From Sphagnum compactum (taxonomy: Eukaryota), in contig OZ234493.1 of assembly GCA_965153455.1 (NCBI GenBank), positions 11,088,213 through 11,152,212 of the forward strand: a DNA stretch of 64,000 bases. Direction: 5' to 3'. The notes under the pieces are model-generated. The model had not been told where the DNA came from. It did no database searches and saw only the letters and a program-made list of their open reading frames with translations. Shown piece by piece: positions 37,601-49,180 of the stretch. Positions within the stretch are counted from its first letter, which is position 1; each line of letters starts with the position of its first letter. The position numbers and the translations under genes are program-made.

Positions 37601-39535
37601 ATATTCCCAAAAAGAAAAGAAAGAGACGAAACACATCTGAACGTATAACAAGTGGATAAATGAGCCTAGCTATACTATTGTTTAAAACAAAGAACAATGA
37701 TCTTTGTGAGATTATCCAACAGAAAGTGACAACAAATGAGCGAGGATCTTGGTGAAATATTGTAATAGCAAGTAACAAATTTGAGACATAAGAATGGGAA
37801 ATTTGGATTCTTTTTCCAAGAAGCAGATTTAAGACATTAGCTCTTATGTTGTCCTTTAAAAGGAAAAACTAGTTGTGTTTGTCCTATGCATGCTTCATAA
37901 AACCTAAAATCATAGATGCATGTCTACTATATTAGGGCAATAATAAAATTGATTTCATTATGATTTCTGTTATTACATTTTCATCAAAGCCAAGTTATTG
38001 AAGTTTTAAATAATAAAAAATTAATTAAAACCATTTGTGTGTCAAAAATAATTTTATATTAAAATTTTAATTTATTTTTTAATTGACATGTTTTATTTTA
38101 ATCAATTCTTGCATAATTTTTCAAATCAATTATTTTCAAATCTCATTTTTAATAATATTTAGAAGAATTGAAGCTAATTATTTGTATGTTTATCAAAAAA
38201 ATTATATTAAAGAACTTAATCACATGAATTGTTTTTTACATTTCATAGCGATATGAAACCTCAGGATACAAAAAGCAAATGACAACCCAAAAAAGAAAAT
38301 TGATATAGAGGCATGATTAAATCTGTTATCCAACATTCATATTTTGAGAAAAAACTCAACAAGTAGATGGGTAGACTTCAAAACAACCCATCAATTGGAT
38401 GGGTGCACCCAAAATCTACACATGCAGTGTTAGTTTACCAGACAACAAATAAGTAATAACAAATTGAGAATTAGAATATCTAAATGAGAATTTCTAGATT
38501 GCAAGAAAAACATTGATAGACAAGAAGAGAAGATTTGGATGTGCAAGGAATGGAATTGGAGCATAAGCCAACCAACCCCAGTATATTACAAACTATCATG
38601 GTCAAAATATTGGACTGAATGTATTTGCAATAACATTTAAACAACCACTAGAAACCAAAAAAATTGGATTTTCTTGAGACATTAGTAGGCCTTGATATTA
38701 GAACATGGTAACAACATATACATCAGAGTGATGGCAAATTACCAGAAACACCAAAACCACAAACTTCACCTCACAAATGTGTCACACATCATGCGAATAT
38801 GTGTCACAAATTGATGAAAAATACAAATCTTATTAAGTTGTTGTGCAATGAGTACTTTCAAAAATCATTAAAGAAAAGGGAATTTACAGATTTGTGTCAC
38901 AATTGATATAGATAGTAAGGTATTTCTTACTACTAGACTGCTAAGTGTAATGAGCACTGTTTTCCAAAAACTCGCCAAAAGAGGGAAGAAGAGGGGAAGG
39001 GAATAACTTTAACAAGCATTTTGAGCAAGAAGTGTAGTTTGCCAAGTCAGAAAGGGAACTTAAGCATCATCCCTACACTATTCCTGGGGTGCCTTCCCAC
39101 CCTTCCCCAACAGGGTGGCAGGGAACTAAATATGCTGACTACCTGATCTGGCAGTCAGTCAGGGAGCAGGAGGAGGATAAGTTTTCCAGCCTGCTAATAT
39201 CCTTTAAACTTCCACAAAGGCAGTCAGTCCCGCCTGGGTTCGAATCCCAAGAAAATATTAATAATAGTCCTGCCTTTTGTGGCAAAATCACAACCCCCCC
39301 CCCCCCCCCCCCCGAAAAAAAAAAAAAAAAAACCTTGACATGTATAGTAGGAGTGAGTCAGAGAGCTTCACTTAGTGCATTGCATCAGCTGCTGAAGTGT
39401 GTGAATTCTGTGTAGTCTTCTTTCGTTGGCTTAATTTTGCTTCTGCATCAAAGAGAGAAACAAGCACAAAGACAGACACACACACACACACATATACCGA
39501 ACAGAACAAAACAAGAGACGAGAAACAATTTTGCT

Positions 39536-40949
39536 ATGGCGCATCCGATTGCATTGGCTGGGGTTTTGACACTTTTGAGTGTCATCCTTGCGATACACAA
39601 CTGGCACAAGACGCCTGAGCGTGTGCCTCTCTGGTGGGACTTGCAAGGTAGTACCTTGAACGACTTGTAAGCTTATCATTATGGTTTCGATCGAGTTATG
39701 GATATGATATACAGTTGTAGATAATTTATTACATTTGATGATGATGAAGAGGAGGAGGAGGAGGAGGAGGAGGAGGGACTTAGATGTTACTATTGAAGTG
39801 TAGACTTCCGAATTTTCATGGGAGTTTTGTACCTGTTACGTCATTGAGAGAGATTGTGTGTGTGTGTGTGTGTGTGTGTGCAGCACATCCATTGTTGTTC
39901 GTGCCCAGATGGTTCGGCCTTCTGTTTCTCCCTGTGCTGACTCTTCTCATCCCGTACCTCGTGTACCTGGTGAGCTTGCAGGACAACAACTTGCAGAGTG
40001 CCGGGTAAGCTCTTCTATCATCTCAGCTGGGATTCTCTTTCATTCATCAAACCTGCAGTCATGATCTGAAGTGTGAGAAACCAGCTCTGCTAGGTGCTCG
40101 AATAAGTAAGCTCGGCGCGACAGAACAATCTGGGAATTAGACCTGAATCGAAGGATCATGTGTTTATAACCATGACTAGAAAGCCCTTTGATCACCACGG
40201 AATAGAACGAACTGCAGCACCTGAGATTTGCTTGTGTGTTGCAGGGAAGAGTCTAAGCGTTCCGTCGATCGTCTCATCCTGTTTCCAGCTTTTTTCCTCT
40301 TCACTGTACAGAACTTCGTCATCCTTCCAGCAGCCAAGAGTGAGACACACAACTTCGATGCTAATTTCTTCGTGGCCGTTGTTGCTCTCTGGCTCCTCTG
40401 GTTGGGCCATGTCGTCCAGGTACTTCCAATCAAATTCCTCGGCTCAGAAGCTGGAAACTACACAAATATTGTATTCATGAATCCTGTCATGACATAACCT
40501 GCATCGACTGTAAATCCCGGCCAAATCGTGCCTGTTGTCGTGGTTCTCACGGGTGTTGTCTGCTTGTTGTGTGCAGTCTCTGGAGCCAAACAGTTTGCTT
40601 GGTTTGATCACACCGTGGACATCAGACAGCAGCAACTTCACTTACACCCAACAAATCGGAGGTATATAAGTTGGCAATCCTCTTCTCATCAATCCAGGGT
40701 ACTCTAGTGATCTGATCTTTGGGAATTTCCAAAACTCATGTGTTGTTCTTCTTCTTCATGACTGCAGGCAAGATCCTCGAAGTATCGGCAGTGATTTTGT
40801 TGATAGCTGCCTGGTTTGTGCCTGTCGGCTGGCCTCTGTTGGTTGTTCTGTTGGTATTCTTCTTAGGCCCCTTCGTGGTCATTTGGGGACTCTCTTATGG
40901 TTATACCACAAGCTCATCAGGAGCTGATCAGCCTCTCTTGAATAACTAA
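39536..40949 (+). CDS. Multi-pass membrane protein, DUF1648/SdpI-like, copy A, 224 aa, 5 exons
   Basis: Exons 39536-39647, 39884-40004, 40245-40419, 40577-40661 and 40768-40949 join in frame (675 nt, all GT-AG). About six hydrophobic segments. Motifs TPERVPLWWDLQAHP and LEPNSLLGLITPWT...QQIGG. The exon structure is conserved in the paralog. The family call is from motif recognition only. Confidence 0.85.
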
Positions 40950-42584
40950 GGTCGAGGGACATACTTCCTGCGCCAAATCTGCTGTAAAACTGCACCAAAT
41001 CTACCGCAAAATTATGGATCCATCATGTCATGAAAAGCTTCAGTTGTTGATGGTTCTCTGTTTTCAACTCTCAGATCAGATTTTGTGTGACATTTTGTGT
41101 TGAAGATCTTTGCATGAGTGATGTGCTTCATGGATGCAAGTTTACTTCATAAGATGATCCACTCTTTCTTTGTTTCTTTGTTTGTAGAATAAAAGCAGAT
41201 GAATCTGCTTATTTTCCTTTTGTTCTAATTCAGATCTCGTCGTGGGTTTCCTTATCTGCATTTTGGCTGTTTCTTGCTGCCACCTCAGCTTGAAGAAAAT
41301 GTAGTGAAAGTGTTTGGAGTGGTTTGTTGAATTAGCTTCAGGTGCATATTGTATTTTGAAAAAGACCAGCGAAGGCATGTATGCCTAAAATCTCAAAGGA
41401 TCTTCTACCAGTCCGGGGTTCTATATATCTAAAATCTTGAAGGACCATCTCCTACTGGAGTTGGGTCATAATTGGAAGGTTGAGAAATTTTGACATTGAA
41501 GACCAGGCTGGTATAGATATCTTGACTATTGGTAGTAACAAGAGTTTGCAATCTTTGAAGTTTGATATCAGCCACTTTACCAACACAGCTGGTCTGGTAT
41601 TTCACAATAACAATTTACCCTCATTGAAATGGCAAATCCATTTGAATATTTTCCTGCGGTTCATGAACTTGGGAAAATGAAGGAAAAAACAGACACAAGA
41701 GTCAAGGAAAAAGCTCATACATAGACTGAAGATACAGGATATGATTTGGTTTAAGAAGCGTCTGAACATCTGGATCATGGATGCATAACTTTGATGACTA
41801 TTTTACGTTCTTTCAAATATTCCTACATGACTGAAGTTGTGAACAATTCAGCAATTTCTTGAAACATTTTTTTGGAGAAAGCAAGCATAAAATTCATTTG
41901 GCCATGTATTTACATAAGTGCATCTTATAAAATATCTTGGACCCCATCCGATTTCAAAGCTATGATCCTGAAACGACCTGACACCCAAGTTAGTAGCAGT
42001 TAGTGTGCCCTCTTTTTCTTCTCTTGCCATCATTGTGATGACCTTCAGTGGGGCAGGCATTCTCATCTGAGATATGTGCCACCATACTGGCCTGACTCGA
42101 TCATTCACCTTGTGATGACCTGGCAGCAGGGCATACCATCCCGGACCAGATACTTGCAAATTTTGCCAAATTTTTGACTTGAGAAATATGATTTCAACCT
42201 ATTCAAACGGTTCTTCATGGAAAATTCGCCAGATTTCAAAGAAAAAAAATTCAGATTTTTATGATAAGTTCCATTAAGTAGCCAAGAATATAGAAAGATT
42301 TTGTTTTTTACTACTTTCATATCTGGTAGGTAACCAAATTTGGCTACATTATTCTCTGGATTCGCCACTTTGGCTACACACAAAATCCTCAAAAGAAACC
42401 CTGCCTGGGACCTTGAGTGAGGCTTCCAACCTTGGTCCACAAGGTTTACATGCCTTGCTGCAAAGACATTACCCTACACTAACTCTTAATTGTGCTCCCC
42501 CTTCAATTCAGATCTCAATCAAACCCATTTCTCCTTTTGTTCCCTTTCGTTACAGGGCTGGAAGCCATGTGCAACATAATAAAG

Positions 42585-42900
42585 TTATCCGTCAAGTCAG
42601 GAAAAGACGGCACCGGAACCCCCTGTTTGGTCATATAGGGGATGAGATTTCAAAAAAGAGGAAAAAAAAGTACACTGAGCTTCAACAGGTATGAAACGCA
42701 GTTTAGCAGCAAATTTGGTGCTAAACTGAGTTTGCCCTGTCCTTTCTTTTCCTGAACGCCTTCACCAAATCGCTGCTCCTGCTATGTGTGCTGTAGTTAT
42801 AAATGTTCTCGAGCTTGGTGCAGTTTATCCTGAGTCTCAGTATTTCATACCCTTATTTAATAAAACTTCATGACTTTGCAGAAAACAGCCAGGAGGGGAT
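42585..42900 (+). repeat. Dispersed repeat of about 400 bp, copy 2 of 3 (partial)
   Basis: aagtcaggaaaagacggcaccgg...tttggtcatataggggatgagatttcaaaaaa...ccctgtcctttc matches 17355 onward. It is absent from the equivalent position in duplicate copy B. Confidence 0.75.
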
Positions 42901-43549
42901 GAAGCATCAAATGAGGGGTGCAACTCAGGCCCAACAGGGCATGACTTTACCAATAACTTTGCCTTGAGTGACCCAGCACCCACCAGTGCACCATCCAAAA
43001 ACTCCCGTTCTGGGATTTCATGCAGGGGATGAAACTGTCTCCCGCAGTCAGTTTATTTGGTCAGTAGTTGTTTTTTTTCTGGGCCCTTTTTTTTTTTTTT
43101 TTCCTCAGACTTTTTTTTGGGGGAGCTTACTGTCTTTTCTCATGGGCTCCCTTTCAATTTTTTTTTTTCACCACCCTTGACACCATTTTAATTTTTTTGG
43201 GGAATTTCTACCTACCCCTCCAACCTACCTACTGCCCTTCCTCCTACCAGCCCATCTACCTCCATCATTCTGCTCACCCCTCTTTTGTGCTTGCGCTCCC
43301 CTCCATTGCCAATGGTTGAGAATTAGTGGGACCAAAATTTAGGGTTGTAGGGTTTTGAGTCTCCAAAGCTTGAGAGGAATGAGGAGAAAGAAGGGGAGGA
43401 GCTTGTTGAAGCGCCAAGGTGGGAGAAGCTTGGAGCATCAAGGTGGGAGGAACTTTGTAAAGCGTGAAAAAAAGCCCAAGTACAAGGTAAGCTCCCTTTT
43501 GTGTTATTTTTTCATTGCATTCTTCGTGTTAAGCTGCAACAAAAAAAAA

Positions 43550-44115
43550 AGGGATGACACAGGAATGTTCTTGCGTCGTCATCCTCTTCGTGCAACTCAA
43601 GTTCATGATCATCATCTACTGTTTTGTTGTCATGCAGCTGCATGAAGAAGATGACGATGTGGGAGCATTCTCACATTGTTTTCTTTTTTTCCTACTATGG
43701 TTCAATGCACAATGCAAAGAAAAGGAGGATGACAACGACATGCTTGAGCATCATCGATCGTCTGTTGTTATACTACAACGCAACTACACAAAGAGGATGA
43801 CGACACAAGAGCATTCTTGCATTGTCGATTTTTATTTTAGTTTTGCTGCAACTCAATGCACAACGCAAAAAGGAGGAGGAGGAGGAGGCGCTCAAGCATG
43901 TTGTCGTCGTTTGATGTTCTGAAGAGGACAACAACGCGGGAGCTTTCTTACATTGTTTTTTTTGTGTTTGTTTTTTTGCTACAGCTCAGCACACAACGCG
44001 AAGAGGAGGAGGTGGAAGACGACACACTTGAGCACATTGTCATTGTTGTTTGGAGTTTTGTTGCAATGTAATTACGTGAAAAGGACGACAATGTGAGAGC
44101 TTTCCATGTCGTCTT
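43550..44115. repeat. Array of about 8 imperfect palindromic units in a TE-like insertion
   Basis: Units such as acgatgtgggagcattctcacattgt, cgacacaagagcattcttgcattgtcg and gacgacaatgtgagagctttccatgtcgtc, separated by T-rich and gcaacacaacg...gaagagga linkers. Confidence 0.65.
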
Positions 44116-46149
44116 TGTTTTTTTTTTTAATTGTTCACTTTGGCCTATAACTTTAATATGTTCTTACTAAATGACCAAGTTCATGAAGGGTTTTGCAATC
44201 ATGTGTATAGGTTTGCTAGTGTTAGGTAGTTGTTAGAAACAAGGACATACCCTTGTTTCAATTATATAAGGTATGTATCAATGATGTGAGAGTATCCAAT
44301 TTGCAGTGTTAAAGTAGGTTCTTGTGACCCAGAACAGAGCTAGCACCCTTTCATTGAAACTATACAAGAATCATAACCAAGAAACCAATCTTTTTTGCTA
44401 AATTTTAAATCAAAACCAAAATCATGACAAAACATTCCTAAACACAAGGTAAGGTTTGTATGTAGACATGGTGATTTGTTTTTGAAAAGTTGATTAATGG
44501 ACTTAACTTTATATTTAAATTCTAGTTTTAAATAGTTTTTGAATTGCATACTAGTGTTGGGAAGGTACTTGATGTACAAAGTTAAATTCAGGGGTTCAAG
44601 GTTAGTCTTTAATAACCCATAATGGAGTTAGCATCCTTTCCTTGACATTGATACAAGAATTGAGACCTTGAATATTTTTTTTCTAAATTCAATATTGAAA
44701 CCAAAACCATGAAAAAAATTTCATAAACACAAGGTCAAGTTCTTTAGTGATTTTTTGAAAAGGTGACAAGTGAACTGAAATTTCTATTTAAATATTAATT
44801 TTAAATAGTTGTTGAACTCCATACCTATATAGTCATTTGGTTTAATTTATTTTAAAACTTTGTACATAACAAAATTTGCAAAAAAATCTTTTTGCATTTG
44901 GAGTGGGCTTAATCACATGAACCATTTTAAGGGATGGGTTTGCATAGTGTGACCTATCTTATATATTGTGTAACCAAAAAGAGAGGCAAAGGTTGAAAAA
45001 ACAAAGCCTAATGCATATGAAACATCTAAACAGAATCAGAAACACTCGAACTCTACAACCAATTACACCTGCACTTAAAGAACCTGAAAAAATATAAAAT
45101 GTTGAAACCAGGACCAACAGTTCTCTTAACAAGGAAGAACTGCACCAACACTAGTATACCATACCTACAACTCGTGTGTGACAAATCTTGCCAATATATC
45201 TATAAAAAGGTCCCGCAACCCCAATCTAAATATTTCAAATTCCAACAATAGTCTTGAAATATGTTAATTTCAATAGAAAGTTTCAAATTTAGCTTGTGTT
45301 TTGACCTAGGGGTGATTTTCTAGAATTTCGACAAAATATTTTTAGTTTTTTCTTTTTTAGTTGGCCCTCTTAGGAATTAAATCATGTTCAACCTGAATCA
45401 TAAGTATAGTGAACCCAATCGACTATTGGTGGTGAAAAGGTTAAAATGAAACAAAGTGGCTTAAGAATTTGCAAAGGAAAAAACATTGAAATAACCATGC
45501 CAAGTAATGAACCAATGACCCCGATTTTGACTTGTGTTTTTTTCTTGACCTCCTATGAAGGTGACTTTCAATATTGATGGCTAATTCTTTCATGTCTTAT
45601 ACTCAAGGCCACATTTAGTGACCTCATGTGTGTCGGATTTGAGGTTCAACAATAAGTCCTAAATATTACATTATGTAAGATTGAAAGGAGGTGACATGAG
45701 ATACAACAACATTATCTCCTTGCCAATAGGTACAACATTTTTGTGAATCCCCTTTCTTTTTTTTGATTATTTTTTTTCAATGCACTTTGAGAGGTTACAA
45801 CTTGTAGTTTGTAGCTAGTTGTTTGTTGTTTTGTGTGTCATGTTGCAATTTTGGATTTCTAATGTTGGAGCACATTTTTTAGAAATTGATTTCAATGAGT
45901 TCAAACACACAATCTAGCTAAGTTGCTTAGCAATTTGTCCACAATGCTTAAAAACATATTAAAGAGCATAGAGAATGGCAGTTATTTTAATTAGGGCACA
46001 AATGAAGAATTGTGTCATTAATGGAGTGGTGATATCCATTTGACTTGTTGTGCCTAGGAAATCATCTTGTTGCATGGAAGTGGAGTCAAAAAACTTGATG
46101 CACATGTTGTAACACATCTTTTTAAATCCCTACACGAGCAAACTAAGTT

Positions 46150-47100
46150 TTGGAAGCTTTATAATTGCATCACATGGGCTTTTTTGTGTGAATGATGGTA
46201 GATCTTTAAATTTGTTCAATGTTCAAGTCATGCATTGCATTATTTGCTACAAGGTAATAGTCTTGGAATCCTTCTTCAACAAACTAAATGGTAGAAAGGC
46301 CTCATCATTTAATTCAAAACTAATGGTATCACAACCATGAGAAAACTTGTAGATGCAAAAACATCTATAATTTGGTTTAATCTTATTAATCTATTAATCT
46401 ATAATCTTATAGTATCTCACAAATTGGTTGAAAAAGTGAACAACACAACGAAATGCCCATTGCTTTGACAATCCACTAAAAATATGCTTACAATTGGACC
46501 CACATCATCTTTTTAGTTATGTACATCTAGTTTAAAATGATCATGAGCAATAACAAACATTTTAAAACAAGATTTAGATCTCTTCAATTTTTATTATCAA
46601 TTTCTTTTACCAATTTCAGTTGTTGAAAATGCTTGGTTTATATACAAAATTGCGGTCATTGTGTCACTGAATGGTTTTCCTTTATAGGAAGGTGTATTTA
46701 AAAAATGATGTCATATTTAATTTGGTGGAGAAGACCAAAATAATCTATATTCATTACCTACATTGTAAAAATGCTTATTTACAACTTCCGATCTTTGGAT
46801 GTCAATGACTACCCATGATGACAAGTTCAACTTATTGGCAATTTCATTTCATAGATTGGCACCTCAAACCCATTACAAGAAGCTTGTTTGAGGCAATTGA
46901 AACAAGCAATGCAACTATGGTAATGAAGCGTCAAACTTTGCTTGATAAATTATATGGATTTGGGAAAAAAATTACTATTTACATCAAAGATGATTCAAGT
47001 GCTAATTTGGGACCAATGACCACAACTTTGAAACTTGTTAATTGAGTTGTGAAATTGTGAGGTAGGGGTAGCCTTTCCAAGGCGCATTTTAGGGCATGCC
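46150..47100 (+). mobile_element. Decayed hAT transposase remnant
   Basis: BED-finger-like QVMHCIICY...NGITTMRK and RNase-H-like core FIDWHLKPIT.SLFEAIETS...KKITIYIKDDSSANL, which resembles the minus-strand transposase at 53988-54236 (KKIITYVKDEGAHL). Many stops are present. Confidence 0.7.
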
Positions 47101-47689
47101 ACATTTTTGAAACTTTAAAACATTATAGAAAACTATGACAAAGGCAAATTTAATTCTAAAAAAAAAAAAAATAAGTAAAAAATAAGAACACAAAAAGTGG
47201 AAGAGGAAGGTTCAAATAGATTTTTATTATGAAAAAATATATGAAACCATATAACATAAATATGAAAAAATAAGGTTATGATGCAAATTGTACTTCAAAC
47301 TAATGTTGAATAAATTAATCTAAGTAATGAAGGGAACTACATGCTAGCAAATGCATAAAATAATAACAAAGACCATCATCAAATTGTTGAACAATTAATG
47401 TTTTTAGTTGAATGATCAAATATAAGATATTATTTCAGTAATTATGTGTATAAATTTTCAAATTTTGAATTGTGAAAATGGGTTTCCATTAGGTTTCTAA
47501 AATTACAAGTAACTTTTGAAGTTTATTTTTGTACTATGGGTTCTTGTTTCAAATGGGTGTCAAGTAAATTCTAACAAACAAAGTAAAATTTTCTTATAAT
47601 GATGGGTTCAAATATATGATGTGCCCAACATTTTATCTTGTTTTTTAAAATGATTTTTGTGGAATTATTTATCTTGCCAAATGTGTTTG

Positions 47690-48300
47690 AGAAATGTTTC
47701 AAACTTGTTCCCATGTTTGTTGATTGATGTCTTAGCCTTGTCAATGTAAAAAGTATTGCAATTGGTGATTTGGCATAATATCAAAATCAAAAATAAAAAT
47801 CATTTAATATTCTTGTTCACCATTGATTTCAATAGATGGAGATGACTTCGGTGAAAGTATTCCTAGGATGATACATGGTAAGGCTTTAATAATGAGACAT
47901 GAAACACATAATGGACCTCATGGAGTTTGGAAGCTTGAATTGAAAGGTCACAATATTTATCTATTTGCTAACGGGGAATGGATTAAGTTTTTTGTAATCC
48001 AATTTCTCCAAAGGTTGTGTTGTTTTGATATTTTGTCAACAACACCAAACTTGGTCTTCAATCTTGAAACTTGGTTATTCTTTGAATTGTCTTTTAGGAA
48101 AATTTCCAGGTATTGCCTTTGCACTTCTTCAAGGTTAGACACAAGTTGTGTCCAAATGTTCATCAATCCAGATGCGACCCAATTTTTGGTTTTCAAGATT
48201 CATGATTTTATTCATGGAAAGCTAACAATAACTTCACTTTCATTCCTAAAAGTTCAAAGATTATTTTCCAAAACTTGGATGAAATAGAGGTCCACAATCG
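47690..48300 (-). mobile_element. Ty3/Gypsy chromovirus remnant (integrase C-terminus plus chromodomain)
   Basis: Minus strand reads FQFKLPNSM / VHYVFHVSLLKPYH (GPY/F region), then PSIEINGEQEY*...LQYFLH*QG*DINQQTWEQV*NI, matching the chromodomain pattern EYEV...YLVxWxGY....TWEP..NL with in-frame stops. Confidence 0.8.
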
Positions 48301-48857
48301 AAAATGATATTTTGAGAAAGGCCATGGCTCAAAAGTGATTATATTATATCTTGATGTGCTTTTAAAAAACATTATGATTATTCTTTGTTAGGGTTTTTAT
48401 TTCAATTTTGTCAGGTTGTTCAATTAGTGGTGATCATCCATAAGTATATTCAGCCAATTTGATGACATTCAAAATGTAAAAGTAAAAAGTCTTAAGCACA
48501 TATTCATTTTGTGACAATTGTGGGGAAAAAAATGGAATTTTTTTGGCAATTATGTTTTAAAATATAATGAATTTACAACAACATTCTTCACTTCCAAAAT
48601 ATTTTTCACAAAAAGATGAAGAAGCCGCTCACAGTCACACAGCATACTTACACACACAGGCGAAGAGCAAGTCAGAGCTCCACTTGCTTAGTGCATTGGA
48701 GCAGTTGCCGAAGTGGAGCTCTGTGTCCTCGTCCTCGGCGTTGTTTTGCTTCTGCATCAAAGAGACACAAGCATAGAGAGAGAGAGAGCGAGAGAGAGAG
48801 AGAGAGAGAGAGTCACACACACACACACAAAACAGAAGAGAAGAGAACAAGTCTGCG

Positions 48858-49140
48858 ATGGGGCATCCGGTTGCATTGGCTGGCGTTTTGGCACTTCTGA
48901 GTGGCATCTTTGCGATATACAACTGGCACAAGACGCCTGATCGTGTGCCCCTCTGGTGGGACTTGCAAGGTACCTTCAAAGACTTTTAATCTTATCATTA
49001 TGTTTCGATCGAATCATGGACATGATATACAGTTGTAGATAATTACATTTTGATGATGATGATGATGATGAGGGACTTAGATGCTAATATTGAAGTGCAG
49101 ACTTTGGAATTTTTCATGGGAGTTTTGTACCTGGTACGTC

Positions 49141-49180
<40 letters not shown>

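Noticed and set aside
39225-39250. tRNA gene suggested by GGGTTCGAATCCC (T-arm/B-box)
   Set aside because: No acceptor stem, D-arm or anticodon arm can be built upstream. It is at most a SINE-like or chance fragment.
43550-44115. CRISPR-like array of spaced palindromes
   Set aside because: The repeats are highly degenerate, the linkers resemble each other rather than being unique spacers, there are no cas genes, and the context is plant nuclear DNA.
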